From Octopus vulgaris (Eukaryota): a DNA stretch of 64,000 bases. The stretch lies in NCBI GenBank assembly GCA_951406725.2, contig OX597818.1:129394001-129458000 (forward strand). Direction: 5' to 3'. How positions within the stretch are numbered: position 1 is the first letter of the stretch; each line of letters begins with the position of its first letter. The position numbers and the translations under genes are program-made. Below are positions 28,194 to 42,840 of the stretch, piece by piece. The notes beneath the pieces are model-generated. The model had not been told where the DNA came from and made no database searches. It saw only the letters and a program-made list of their open reading frames with translations.

Positions 28194-28484
28194 AATACTT
28201 GTGCTGTTCTATGTTTTATTTATTCTATTTGTTCTATAAAGTGTGTATGTGTGTGTGTGTGTGTGTATGGAAAGAGAGGAAAGAATGTGGTTGTTCAGCT
28301 AAATATGTATGGGCGTGAATGTATACTTATAAAAACATAGCTGAAATATATCATTATATGTGCATACACACTCACTCACATGATTAAACATGTATATACA
28401 CATAAACATATTTAAATTAAGGCTGAATAAATGAATTTTAAATCGTTTGTGTGTGTATGTGCATGTGTGTATAATATATATATG

Positions 28485-28515
<31 letters not shown>

Positions 28516-28772
28516 CTAACCTATACAAATGTATATTTGTGTATAAGCTATATATATATATATATATATTATAAACACATGCACATACACACACAAATGT
28601 ATATGATATATATATATGTATATACATACACATGCACATATACACATATACATACTATATTCAACCATCTATACATCTACATTATATATACATATAATTA
28701 TATACACATACACAAATAGAGTCATGAAGCAAAATATATGAGTGCAATGCATAGAGAGAGAGAGAGAGATAG

Positions 28773-28880
<108 letters not shown>

Positions 28881-29403
28881 GGGAAAGCAAAAGAGAAATT
28901 ATTAGCATATACAATTCATGATAAACATGTTAAAACTTATACTTAACAAGCTTAATATTTTGTTTACCTATAATTATCGTAGAAGAAAGCTGAGAGTGGT
29001 ATTAAATTGGCAACAACAAGCTTCATTAAATAACAAACCCTCATATACAGAGAGAGAATTGTTATTTCAGATTAAGGTGATTTGTGTAAGTAAAAGTTCG
29101 TTTTATTGGGGAAATAAATTGGGAAGCCAAATCATTATTGCATTTATATGATAAATAAGGAAATATTAAAAAGAAAACATCTATTTTAATTATATATACA
29201 TAGATAAATATAAATACGCATAGATGTGTGAATGAATCTGTGTGTGTGTTGGTGTGCGTGTATAAGCATATGTACATGTGCACACGTATACACCTGCACA
29301 TACGCACACATATGTCTATGTATATTTACATATAAATGTCATATACATTTATATTTTTGTTATTCTTTTCTCTTCTTTCTCTTTAAACAGATGTATATAT
29401 ATA

Positions 29404-29459
<56 letters not shown>

Positions 29460-29891
29460 CATACACACACACATATATACAGAGAGAGTGAAAGTGATAT
29501 ACATACACATATATATATGTATACACACCAATATACATACACACACACATATACACAGAGAGAGTGAAAGAGATATACATACACATATATATATGTATAC
29601 ACACCCATATACATACAAGTGTCACACATATGCATGTATATAACTATGTATTGATAACGCATATTATTTCCTCATACACAAGGATGCCTATGTAGTTAAG
29701 AAATCCACTCCATAACCAAATGGTTTGGGGTTCCTTCCCATTGTGTTGCACCTTTTATAAATGACTTTCTCTATGGCCGTGGGACAACCAATTCCTTACA
29801 AATGAATTTGGTAGATGGAATCTGAAAAAAGACAGATCCCAAGACTATGGTAGATTAAGATCTCTGTGTATCAGAGTTTAAATGTATAATA

Positions 29892-30055
29892 GTGCAGGAG
29901 TGGCAGTGTGGTAAGTAGCTTGCTAACCAACCACATGGTTCCAGGTTCAGTCCCACTGCGTGGCATTTTGAGCAAGTGTCTTCTGCTATAGCCCCGGGCC
30001 GACCAATGCCTTGTGAGTGCATTTGGTAGACGGAAACTGAAAGAAGCCTGTCATA

Positions 30056-30106
<51 letters not shown>

Positions 30107-30318
30107 GTTTGTGTGTCTGTGTTTGTCCCCCTAGCCTTGCTTGACAACTGATGCTGGTGTGCTTACGTCCCCGTCACTTAGCGGTTCGGCAAAAGAGACT
30201 GATAGAATAAGTACTGGGCTTACAAAGAATAAGTCCCGGGGTCGATTTGCTCGACTAAAGGCGGTGCTCCAGCATGACTGCAGTCAAATGACTGAAACAA
30301 GTAAAAGAGTAAAAGAGA
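29892..30318 (+). mobile_element. Family-A SINE, full length
   Basis: Complete head, body and tail. Confidence 0.92.
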
Positions 30319-30362
30319 GTTTATGTAGAAAAACCTCTTACATACAACATATTGTGAAATAA

Positions 30363-30786
30363 TGATAATAATAATGTTTGTCCTTCGGTTCGAAGATGAC
30401 CAACTGACATCATCTGATGGAACTGCCGCCATGAGACCTGAGGTGGCTGGTGAGGCCAATCCGGGCAAGGAAGCCCCTCCCACAGGTGGGGCAGAAGTGG
30501 GTAGGGGCCGTGCTACTGGTGCAGGCGGCTCTGGCTTTACGCATCTGACGTTTCTGCTCCGCTGACCGAATCCGTCCCTCCTCGGCTGTCCCTGCTCCCA
30601 CGGTGATTGCGCTGCGCCAGGATGAGCGGTTGGCAGCAAGTGTCTCCCAGGTCTCTGTTCCGATGGAGAAGTCTTTGAGAGAGACCTTGAGACTATCCTT
30701 GTAGCGCTTCTTCTGCCCTCTGACTTTGCGCCTGCCCTGGCCGAGTTCACTGTAGAAGAGCTGTTTTGGGATGCGAGTATCAGACT
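30363..30786 (-). mobile_element. 5'-truncated RTE-clade LINE with 13-bp TSD
   Basis: Open frame SDTRIPKQLFYSELGQGRRKVRGQKKRYKDSLK...WETLAANRSSWR...CPTCGRGFLARIGLTSHLRSH, the RTE/BovB-type C-terminus. (ATT)n tail. TATTGTGAAATAA at 30350-30362 and 30787-30799. Confidence 0.9.
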
Positions 30787-31061
30787 TATTGTGAAATAAG
30801 CTTGTTACTCATACAACCATGCTTAAAATGGAATCATCATTTTTGTACAGAAACAATAAATAATGTTATATTTAAGCTAATGAGTGAGCTTCTATGTGCT
30901 TGCTCAGCCTGTAAAAAATAGCAGCTAAATATAACAATATCTGCCCTCACCTCATTCTCTGAAGAAAAAAAAAGCAAGGAAGAAAACAAAGATAAACATT
31001 GGACAATGCAGACACTTATATACATAAATATAGGGGTGGGGGTCAAAGCTGGAATACCTGT

Positions 31062-31440
31062 CTTTTAGTTGTTTCAGTCATTTGACTGTGGCCATGCTGG
31101 AGCACCGCCTTTAGTCGAGTAAATCGACCCCGGGACTTATTCTTTTGTAAGCCCAGTACTTATTCTATCGGTCTCTTTTGCCAAACTGCTAAGTGACGGG
31201 GATGTAAACACACCAGCATCGGTTGTCACAGACACACAAACACACACACACATACATTTATATATATACGTATATACGACAGGCTTCTTTCAGTTTCCGT
31301 CTACCAAATCCACTCACAAGGCATTGGTCAGCCAGGGGCTATAGCAGAAGACACTTGCCCAAGATGCCACGCAGTGAGACTGAACCCAGAACCATGTGGT
31401 TGGTTAGCAAGCTACTTACCACACAGCCACTCCTGCACCT
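31062..31440 (-). mobile_element. Family-A SINE, near full length
   Basis: Shared motifs; inverted relative to the 29892 copy. Confidence 0.9.
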
Positions 31441-32219
31441 GTGGTCATAAGTCTGAATAATCAAGGCTGACATGGGATTGAATAACAACAAACACAATGA
31501 CAATAGCAACAAAAAAGAGAAAGCTAAAACATACAGCAAGATGGTCAAAGGCATTCCAGCCACGACTCTCCTGTCTTAATTTTTGTTTTTATTTTTAGTG
31601 GTCAAAATAAGAAATTATTTATGACCACTACCATCCCATCAAATCCAAAATCTTATTCTCAGCCCTTTAGTATCTTATCTCTTTATCTCTTACTCAACTT
31701 TATATTCTTAATTCTTTTGCTTTTATCTTTTTTGTTACTTTATTCTAACTTGGCCAATTCTTATTTATTTGTGGATATAACTTTATTATCCTTATTTTTA
31801 CTTTTATTATTTTTGCTTTTATTACCCTTGTCTTTTGCTTCTATTTTCTTACTTCCATTAATCTTACTCTTTATTTCTTATTTTCTTAAACTTAAACAAA
31901 ATTTTTTAAACTTTCATTTTTTTTTCTCTCTATTTTTCTTTCTATCTTATTTCCCTTCCTATCTTATAAAAGAGAATTAAATATAAACTCATTTCAATCT
32001 ATTTAACATTCACTGATTGGTAATGCAGTATGGGCAGATTTTCAAAATCCAATGAATCTTTATACATTTATACAGTTAGGAAATTTTACAAATACACTTT
32101 CTCAGGGAGATATGATAAACCTATTATAATGGGTAATACCATATGTACTATTTATATTTTTTATATTGTGATGTAATTATTTGGACTAACAATGTTTGCA
32201 GCTGAAGAGAGCTTTAAAC

Positions 32220-32858
32220 CCCAAAAGGATGAAAGGCAAAGTCAACCCTGGTGGCATTTGAACTCAGAACATAAAGATGGATGAAATGTTGCTAAGCATT
32301 TCTGCCCAGTGTCTTAATGACTCCGCCAGCTCACCACCTTAATAATAATAATAATAATAGTAATAATAATAATAATAATAATGATAATAATAATGATGAT
32401 GATGATGATGGTCTCAAATTTTGGCACAAGGCTGGCAATTTCAGGGGGTGGGGGATAAGTTGATTACATTGACTCCAGTACTCAACTAGTACTTATTTTA
32501 TCAACTTCGAGAAGATGAATGGCAAAGTGAACCTCAGCAGAATTAGAACTCAGAATGCAATGATAGATAAAACGCTGCTAAACATTTTGCATGGTGTACT
32601 AACAGTTCAGCTAGCTCACCGCCTTTATAATAATAATAATAATAATAATAATCCTTTCTACTAAAGGCATAAGGCCTTAAATTTGGTGGGAGGGGGCTAG
32701 TCAATTTCATTGATCCCAGTACTTAACTGGCACTTATTTTATCGACCCCTGAAAGGATGAAAGGAAAAGTCAGCATCAGTGGAATTTGAACTCAGAACTT
32801 AAGGATAGACAGAATATTACTAAACATTTTGCCAGCGATGCTAATGATTCTGTCAGCT
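32220..32858 (-). mobile_element. Three co-oriented family-B SINE copies separated by (AAT)n
   Basis: GGATGAAAGGCAAAGTCAACC...ATTTGAACTCAGAAC...AGCTCACC recurs three times. Confidence 0.8.
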
Positions 32859-32913
32859 AATAATAATAATAATAATCATAATCATAATAATAATAATAAT
32901 AATAATGATAATA

Positions 32914-32971
<58 letters not shown>

Positions 32972-32994
32972 TAGTAATAATAATAATAAAAATA

Positions 32995-33029
<35 letters not shown>

Positions 33030-33124
33030 AATAATAATAATAATAACAATAGTAATAATAATAATAATAACAATAGTAATAATAATAATAATGAGAATAA
33101 TAATAATAATAATAATAATAATGA

Positions 33125-33161
<37 letters not shown>

Positions 33162-33165
33162 AATG

Positions 33166-33196
<31 letters not shown>

Positions 33197-33249
33197 TAAT
33201 AACAATAATAATAATAACAATAGTAATAATAATAATAATAATAAAAATA

Positions 33250-33290
<41 letters not shown>

Positions 33291-33308
33291 AATAATAATA
33301 ATAATAAC
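32858..33308. repeat. (AAT)n microsatellite
   Basis: Directly visible. Confidence 0.95.
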
Positions 33309-33605
33309 TGCAAGTGTGGCAAAGATGACTATAAAAAAAATTGGAGAGAACAGTATACAATAATAATGAAAGCAACAACAAACCAATGATAAGTGGCAAT
33401 AAAAATAGTAACAGAAAACAACAATAACAACAACAACAGTAGTAAAAGCGATAACAAATGCAACGAAAAAAAAAGGAGGTAAAAAAGAGAACAAAAGTCC
33501 AACACCAACATCGAAAATAAACAGAAATGATGATGCAGATGATGGTTATAATAACAATGATAACCATAAAGTAGAACAATACTACATCAATGATGATGAT
33601 GATGA

Positions 33606-33638
<33 letters not shown>

Positions 33639-33786
33639 GCACTGATGACAACAGCAACAGAAACTGCAAAAAAACCAAGACTTTCTCCCCAAAATAACAG
33701 ATTAAAGATAAGACAGAATAAAACATCTTGGGCAGCCGCGCATGTGCATGCATGCATGTGAGTATATGTATGTATGTATGTATGTA

Positions 33787-33818
<32 letters not shown>

Positions 33819-34459
33819 CATTCACACATATATGCATACGCATATCTATGTATGTGGGGCGGGGTGGAGGTGTGTTGTTTTTGTTACCTGTTTTATGCCA
33901 GCTAATCAATCACACAGACATCTACAGACAATGGGGCATCGGAGCAGGAGGGAGGCAGCATTAGGCTTATGTTTAGGGTTCGGGGGTAAATTTAAGGAGC
34001 TGCATTTTGGGTTGAGTTTAGGGGAGATACATTCTACATTCAACCTCATCACTACACCCTTATCTCCCGACCGTCTCCGAAAACACAGTTTTCAATCTCA
34101 GGCTTGGTGTGATGGGGGTCGGGGAAACAATCGTACAATTGGCGTACATTTTTATGACGTGCAATAAATGCAATAGGCTTTAATTGACAACGACCTCACA
34201 ATGCTGTGGTGGGGCTCATTCTAGGTCTTAAAATATCTTATTGCTATTGTTATTATTATTGCTACTCCCCCCTCCGCCACCACGTTTCCCATTTTTCTTT
34301 TTGCATTTATCTACATCATCATCATCATCATCACTGTCATCATCATCATCATCATCATATCCGGCTTTTCCCATTATTGCCATTTTTTCTTCTTTGTCTT
34401 CAGTCATCATCCTCATCATCCTCATCATCATTCCCACCACCACCACCACCACCACCACC

Positions 34460-34685
34460 TTCTTCTTCTTCCTCCTCTTCTTCTTCTTCCTCCTCTTCCT
34501 CTTTTTCTTCTTTTTCTTCTTCTTGTTCTTCTTCTTCCTCTTCTTCTTTTTCTTCTTCTTCTTCTTTTTCTTCTTCTTCTTTTTCTTTTTCTTCTTCTTC
34601 CTCTTCTTTTTCTTCTTCCTCTTCTTCTTCTTGTTCTTGTTCTTGTTCTTCTTCTTGTTCTTCTTCTTCTTCCTTCTCTTCTTTT

Positions 34686-34717
<32 letters not shown>

Positions 34718-34865
34718 TTCTTCTTCTTCCTCCTCTTATTTTTCTTCTTCCTCTTCTTCTTCTTGTTCTTCTTCTTCTTCTTCTTGTTCTTCTTCCTTTT
34801 CTTCTTCTTCTTCTTCTTCTTCTTCTTCTTCTCCTTCTTCTTCCTCTCTTTCTTCTTCTTTCTCC
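34460..34865. repeat. (TTC)n microsatellite
   Basis: Directly visible. Confidence 0.95.
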
Positions 34866-35349
34866 GTCTTCCTGTTCTCCATGTTCATCTTTATCCTTTG
34901 CTCTTCCTGTTCTCACAATCTAATAATCTCTCTCTCTCTCTCTCCCTCTCTTTCTCTCTCTCTCCACTCTTTCTCTCTCTCTCCACTCTTTCTTTCTCTC
35001 TCTCTTTCAGTGGTGATCCTAGATATATCCTGATAGACATAAGCACATGCCAATTCCTGACCCTGCAAGTTCTTGCTATGTTCAACCCCCCCCCCATCCT
35101 CACTCATCGTTCAACACTCACACTTTCTTGCCCACATCCAGTTAAAGATACACTACAACCCTACCACTGCCACATTCACCGCCACCACCACCACCACCAC
35201 CACCACCACCACCACCATCACTTCATTACATCTCTCATGTCAACTCTTTCCAACCAATGTCTGGGTTGTAAATGTGAAAGAAGAAGGAATTAAATCAACA
35301 TCTGGGCGAGTGGAACACTGCACATAAATAATATTATATATATATATAT

Positions 35350-35570
35350 TCTTTTATTCTTTTACTTGTTTCAGTAATTTGATTGCGGCCATGCTGGAGC
35401 ACCACATTTAGACGAGCAAATCAACCCCAGGACTAATTCTTTGTAAGCCTAATACTTATTCTATATCAGTTTCTTTTGCTGAACTGCTAAGTTACGGGGA
35501 TGTAAACACACCAACATGTGGTGGGAGGGACAAACACAAACAAAGACACACAAATATACATACATATATG
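35350..35570 (-). mobile_element. Family-A SINE 3' half
   Basis: Shared tail motifs. Confidence 0.8.
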
Positions 35571-35653
35571 TCTGTGTGAGTTGGAGGTTAAGAAACCATC
35601 TAAGGGGTATTAAATATCCAATATACTACTGGGTGTGTACCTCCGTATTTTTA

Positions 35654-35654
<1 letters not shown>

Positions 35655-35747
<93 letters not shown>

Positions 35748-36050
35748 GTATATATGTATATATATGTATATATTTATTATATATATATATATGTATATAT
35801 ATTTTATATATAGTATATATGTATATATATGTATATATTTATTATATATATATATATGTATATATATGTATATATACATATTATGTATATATTATATGTA
35901 TATATGTATATATATGTATGTGTATATATATATATATATATATATGTATATGTATATATATGTATATGTATATATATGTATATTTGTATCTATCTATATA
36001 TATATATATGTATGTATACCTATCTATCTATCTATCTATATATATATATT
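35655..36050. repeat. (TA)n-rich microsatellite
   Basis: Directly visible. Confidence 0.95.
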
Positions 36051-36504
36051 TAGAAAAGAACAACTAGTTTTAAGCTAGTTTTGACCAATTAGGTTATAGG
36101 ATTGACTTTGACCTCACCCAACTATGTATACTCACACACACACAAACAGAACAACTAGTTTTAAATCTCTGAGTGAGAAATATGTAGTAACAGTACCATA
36201 CAGTAGAGTCTATTTGCCAATGCACTGTGGCAGTCCTACACAGGATGATGTTAGTACTTTTTAGCCTCAGGAAAACATCCTTTCCAGTTGGCTACTGATA
36301 CATGATCTATGTCTGATATAACCATATCTAGAAAATATGAAGGCTGACCTAAGCCAGGAGATCCAATGAGGTATCAGTAGCCGTATATGCAAAACAAAAG
36401 CAACACATAGTCACCAGCAACTAGAATATAACTCCACACACACAACTCCATGCAAAAACTACCCTCACTCCTATTCATATGCAAAAAGCATAGCATTACT
36501 GTCT

Positions 36505-37075
36505 CACCCATTGATCCACTGATTAATGATAATGGCATTCTCTAACATGATGATAAAGAAATGGCAGAAGTACTGCAGAAACGATACTGCTCTGTTTTTA
36601 GTGATCCCACTGATATTGGATTTAAGGGATCTGAACAAAGTTAATTCCCAACTTATAATCTCAGACATAACCTTTACTGCTTCAGACATCATAGCATCAA
36701 TAAACGAGATCAATACTATTCTGCTGTAGGCCCTGATAGATTCCCTGCTAGTCTCCTGAAGGAATGTAGACACCAACTTGCAGTCCTTCTAACCAACCTC
36801 TGGAGAAGTTCTTTAGACTCAGGTCATATACCGAAACAGCTCTTATCCCAGTATGTCATCCCAGTTTTCAAGCAAGGAAACAGATCCCACGCAGTTGACT
36901 ATCACCCAATCTCACTCACCTCCCATATCATTAAAGTGTTTGAAAGGGTGGTGAGATTGAGGATAGCTGGCTTCCTGGAGAGCCACAAACTCCTAAATTC
37001 AAACCAGCATGGCTTTTGCTGTGGCAGGGACTGTCTAACACAGCTCTTACACCACATCGATGCTGTCCTTGCCAG
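36505..37075 (+). pseudogene. CR1/L2-type LINE reverse transcriptase fragment (frameshifted)
   Basis: DDKEMAEVLQKRYCSVFS...SAVGPDRFPASLLKEC...LWRSSLDSGHIP...VIPVFKQGNRSHAVDYHPISLTSHIIKVFERVV...LLNSNQHGFCCGRDCLTQLL, matching the N-terminal RT domains. Confidence 0.88.
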
Positions 37076-37193
37076 TCCTCAGTCAAACCATTCAACCCAT
37101 GCCAGAATGGAAAGCAAACGTTAACTAATGATGATGGTAATGATGATACATACATACATATATACATACACATAAATACATATATATATACAT

Positions 37194-37226
<33 letters not shown>

Positions 37227-37371
37227 TATATACTTATATATATATATATAAGTGCAGGCATAGGTACGCATATGAGCAATCCACTTCCTAACCTTGTGGT
37301 TTCAGCTTCTTCCTTACTGCATGGCACCATGGGCAAGTCTTCTATAATAATCCTGGGCCTACCTCAAATTT

Positions 37372-37570
37372 GAGTGTGGGTTTAGTGGGCCTCACACAGG
37401 CAATGACCAAGACCTTTGGCATTATGTTGTGCTTGAGAAGCAGACCCATCAAACCGAGCAAAATCGCAGTCACAGCAGATACCAGTGTCATGCAGCCTTC
37501 CAATGTGCCAGCCCAGTCAAACCGTCCAACCCATGCCAGCATGGACAACAGACATTAAATGATGATGATG
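37372..37570 (+). mobile_element. Family-C repeat fragment
   Basis: Matches 5290-5390 plus the (GAT)n tail. Confidence 0.75.
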
Positions 37571-37717
37571 AGAACAAATAGTGAGGGATTATCAATCTGA
37601 GCAAAATACTTTATAAGCTCTCTGTTGGCTCAGCAGGCTAACAATTTGCTCCAATAAAAAAAAAAAGTATGTAATGACCGTTATTTTAAACTTGTTTCAT
37701 ATATATATATATATATA

Positions 37718-37869
37718 GGTGCAGGAGTAGCTGTTTGGTAAGTAGCTTGCTCACCAACCACATGGTTCTGGGTTCAGTCCCACTGTGTGGCACCTTCTAC
37801 TATAGCCTCGGGCCGACCAAAGTCTTGTGAGTGGATTTGGTAGATGGAAACTGAAAGAAACCTGTCGTA

Positions 37870-37943
<74 letters not shown>

Positions 37944-38128
37944 TTTGTTTGTCCCCAACATCACCAATGATCGTGTGTTTACGTTCCTGTAACTTAGTGG
38001 TTCGGCAAAAGAGATCGATAGAATAAGTACTAGGTTTGAAAAGAATAAGTCCTGGGTGTCGATTTGCTCAACTAAAGGCAGAGCTCCAGCATGGCTGCAG
38101 TCAAATGACTGAAACAAATAAAAGAGTA
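37718..38128 (+). mobile_element. Family-A SINE
   Basis: Head, body and tail present. Confidence 0.9.
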
Positions 38129-38439
38129 AGATAGTAAATATATCTATGTGTGTGTATGTGTGTGTGTGCGTGTGTAAATACATTTGTCAGGTGTGTGCAA
38201 TAGCTTGTATGGGAGTGTTCATCCTTCTTTAGCATCATGATTACAGAAAGGTACATTATCAATTAAGTCACTGATATATAAAAGGACTGATAGGGCATGG
38301 TAAAAATTACTGTTGAGTATAAATCTGCTTGATAACAGTTGACCCAGGGCTAAACAAAACTAAAGCACGACAACATACTTACCAGCACATCCCTAGGATT
38401 ATATTTTTAACTTTAGCTAGAGCCCCTTGGATAATGATT

Positions 38440-38982
38440 GTTTCCAACATGGGCACAATCATTATTTCCAATCATTATTGATAACGATCGATTCCAATCA
38501 TTTTGGTGGAAGGAGGTTAGTTAATTAAATTGACCTAGTACTTGATATGTACTTTATTTTACTGACCCTGAAGGGACAAAAGGCAAAGATGACATCAACA
38601 GGATTTGAAATGAGAATGTGTAGAGTCAAAAGGAATACTGTAAGTCTTTCTTTTTTGTAACAATCTAATGAATTTGTCAATCAATAATAATAATCATCAT
38701 AATAATTTTGATTTGCCAATCAATAATAATAATCATCATAATAATGATAATAATAATAATAATAATCCTTTCTACTATAGGCACAAAGTCTGAAATCTGG
38801 TGGGAGGGGGTTAAGTTGATTTCATCGACTCCAGTGTGTAACTGGCACTTATTTAATTGACCCCAAAAAAAGATGAAAGGCAAAGTTGACCTCGGCAGAA
38901 TTTGAACTCAGAACATGGAGACAGGTGAAATACCACTATGCATTTCACCTGGTGGGCTAACGATTCTGCCAGCTCACCACCT

Positions 38983-39038
<56 letters not shown>

Positions 39039-39070
39039 TAATAATAACAATAATAACAATAATAATAATG

Positions 39071-39107
<37 letters not shown>

Positions 39108-39332
39108 TAATAATAATAATAATCCTTTCTACTATTGGCACAAAGTCTGAAATCTGGAGGGATTAAGTTGATTACATCAACTCCAATGTTTGACTGGTAC
39201 TTATATCATTGACCCCAAAAAAGATGAAAGGCAAAGTTGACCTCAGCAGAATTTGAACTCAGAACGTGGAGACAGGTGAAATACCACTATGCATTTCACC
39301 TGGTGGGCTAACGATTCTGCCAGCTCACCACC

Positions 39333-39335
<3 letters not shown>
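38440..39335 (-). mobile_element. Three family-B SINE copies; the last two are a near-identical tandem pair
   Basis: 38765-38985 and 39122-39335 share private sequence (GGAGACAGGTGAAATACCACTATGCATTTCACCTGGTGGGC). Confidence 0.85.
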
Positions 39336-39372
<37 letters not shown>

Positions 39373-39373
39373 G

Positions 39374-39471
<98 letters not shown>

Positions 39472-40362
39472 AAAATTATTTTATGCGAGAATATGAAGAG
39501 AACACTGAAAATGTGAGGAATGATAATGGCTAAAAACACCTTTTGACAATAGATTTACTTGATCAGGGTTAATTTGAGACTAAATAACATATCGACCAGC
39601 TCATCTCTAGGTTTTCTTTCTTTTTTTTTTTCTTTTAACTTCAGTTTGATTCTCATGAAGATTTAAAAGCAAAACAAAGCTAAAAAAAAAATAATGTTAA
39701 AAAAGAGAAACAAACCGTAAATGATTTAATGGAAAAAAAAAAAAAAAAATTACGAAGACGACATTGAGAATGTGAGGTGCTGAACATTTAGACTGATCAA
39801 CAATGAATCATCAGGCAGAATATTGCCGCTCGTAACCAATAATGAAGAATCCAAAAGAAGACATGCCATTATATCTATGGCCAGCCTGTCTGTCTGCAAT
39901 GAAATATTTTGTAAGACATTTTTGTTTCATACTCAAACACCCAACTCCATACTGGCTACAATGTGGCTGGTAAATATTTGTTATAATTACTAATTAATTA
40001 ATTAATGATTATAACGAAAGTAAATGATGGAATGATGAAATCTTATACAATTAGCAAAGAGAAAAATTTCCAGGGTTTCAAAACACAAATAATGAAATAT
40101 TTTCCACTTTATAATGTCTACAAAAATTTTTTGTTTGTAGGTTTGTAATCCATAATAGAATACAATAGCTTCTGAATGGTTTTGTGTGTTTGAACCAAAT
40201 ACACATGTACATACATGCAAAGAAATATATATATATATAAGTGGGTCAGTATGCTATTGTAAATATGAATAAATATGAAATGTATTGATGAATATATATG
40301 AATAAAATTGCTTTATAATTTATTAATTTTGTTTGTATATGTTGACACATACATACATATAT

Positions 40363-40716
40363 TCTTTTAATTGTTTCAGTCATATGCCTGTGGCCATGGT
40401 GGAGCACCATCTTTAGTCGTACAAATCGACCCAAGGATTTATTCTATTGGTCTCTTTTACTGAACCACTGAGTTATGGGGACATAAACACACCAATATCG
40501 GTTGTCAAGCGATGGTGGGAGGAAAACACAGACACACAAACATATAAATATATACATATATATACGACAGGCTTCTTTCAGTTTCCGTCTACCAAATCCA
40601 CTCACATGGCTTTGGTCATCCCGAGGCTATAGAAGACACTTGCTCAAGGTGCCCACACAGTGGGACTGAAACCAGAACCATATAGCTGGGAAGCAAGCTA
40701 CTTATCACACAGCCAC
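40363..40716 (-). mobile_element. Family-A SINE
   Basis: Shared motifs. Confidence 0.85.
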
Positions 40717-41829
40717 ACACACACACATATATATATATGTACATATATATATATGTTGTAGTGTACTTGAGTACTCTATACAATAAGTTCATTATTACTT
40801 TACATATGTAGTATACATTTACATGTTATATATATAATTATATATATGGCTATATATACATGCATGTAATATAAAACACACACACACACATTTATATGTG
40901 GGCAAGTGGGTACTACTATAGTACCATGTCAACCAAAACCTCTTGAGAGGCTTTTGTTGATAGAAACTGAAAGAAGCCTATCATGTATATGTAAATGTGT
41001 GTGTGTGTGTTCATGCATGTGAGTGTGTATGTGTGTGTGTGTGTATTTCTGTGTATATCAATGTATGTGTGTCTTTGAGCTTGTCTTCCCTCACCACATG
41101 ACAACAGGTGTTGGTTTGTTTACATCACTATAACTTAGCAGTGTGACAAGAGAGACCAACAGAATGAATAAAGCCTTAAAACATAAGTACTGGGGGGTGA
41201 TTTGTTTGACTAAAATCTTCAGGGCAGCTCCCTCTGTTCATTTTCTCTTTCTCTCTCTCTTTCCTCTAATAGATGTGAGTAGCCATGCTGATCCTCTACA
41301 AGAACCTGCACTGCCCTCAACCCACCACTTTTCATGGGTCCAATCTTTTGTCCACTAGCATGAAGCTGACATGGCCACTCCCCAGGGCCTGTAGTTCTGC
41401 AAGTTGCATAGCGACCTCAATGGTGCAAGGGATACACACACACAAAAAAAAAAACATCCAGTCTATGCTGAAAAGCGGTTTGCATTAGAAAGAGCATCCA
41501 CTGTAAAAACTATGCAAAACAAACTGTGGAATATGATGCAGTCCTTGAACCCATCAGGTCCTGTCAAACCATCCGACCCATGCCAGCAATGAACACGGAC
41601 GTTAAATGATTCTGATTGATGGACAAAATACTTATAAATATGCCTGGGATGTGTGTTGTTTTGGGTGGGCAAGGTAAGAAGTGCCTGACTTGACAAAACA
41701 GCACAGCAGCAGTAGCAGCAGAAGGAGGAGAAGAAAGAGATGAAGGAGAAAGAGGAGGAGTCGGAAGAAGAAGGAGACGAAGAAGTAAAGGAAGAAGAAG
41801 GAGGGAGATGAAGAAGTAAAGGAGGAGGA

Positions 41830-42193
41830 GGAAAAAGAAGAAGAAGAAGAAGAAGAAGAAGAAGAAGAAGAAGAAGAAGAAGAAGAAGAAAAAGAAGAAG
41901 AAGAAGAAGAAGAAGAACAAGAACAAGAAGAAGAAGAAGAAAAAGAAGGGGAAGAAGAAGAAGAAGAAGAAGAAGAAGAAGAAGGGGAAGAAGAAGAAGA
42001 GGAAGAAGAAGGGGAAGAAGAAGGGGAAGAAGAAGGAGAAGAAAAAGAAGAAGAAGATGAAGAAGAAGGGAAAGAAGAAGAAGAAGAAGGAGAAGAAGAA
42101 GAAGGAGAAGAAAAAGAAGAAAAGGAAGAAGGAGAAGAAGAAGAAGAAGAAGAAGAAGAAGAAGAAGAAGAAGAAGAAGAAGAAGAAGAAGAA
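41830..42193. repeat. (GAA)n microsatellite
   Basis: Directly visible. Confidence 0.95.
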
Positions 42194-42589
42194 ATAATCA
42201 ATATGTCAATATGTCTGGCTCAATAGATTTTTTTTTTTTTTTTCTTTTCCTATCTTTTCTGTCCAGCAAACAATTAAATGGCCATTTAATATCTTTGTAA
42301 CTCTTAAAAGAACACAAATTGTGGCCTTCAATTACTGAAAGAAACATTTCCAATGGAATCCTCATTCTACAAAAAAAAATGTAAGTTATTATGTTATTAT
42401 TATCCATTCCCGTCCCACTTCTCCCCTCTGCAAAAAAATAAAATCAAAATAATAACTGTCTGAGTATCAGAAGAGACATATAAAAAACATGTAAGAGAAA
42501 GTGAAGACCACCTCTGTTCTTTCATTCACTTATTTTGACATTTATTTTTCTATGAGAGCATAGGTTAGAGTTTGTTTTTGATTTTCTTT

Positions 42590-42840
42590 ATTTGTTTCAG
42601 TAATTGTACTGTGGCCATGCTGGGGCACCACCTTAAAGGGTTTCATTTATACTCTTTCTCTTTTACTCTTTTACTTGTTTCAGTAATTGTACTGTGGCCA
42701 TGCTGGGGCACCACCTTAAAGGGTTTCATTTATACTCTTTCTCTTTTACTCTTTTACTTGTTTCAGTAATTGTACTGTGGCCATGCTGGGGCACCACCTT
42801 AAGAGGGCTTCATTTATACTCTTTCTCTTTTACTCTTTTA
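42590..42840 (-). repeat. Three tandem ~82-bp copies of a SINE-A tail fragment
   Basis: TTGTTTCAGTAATTGTACTGTGGCCATGCTGGGGCACCACCTTAA.. x3. Confidence 0.9.
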
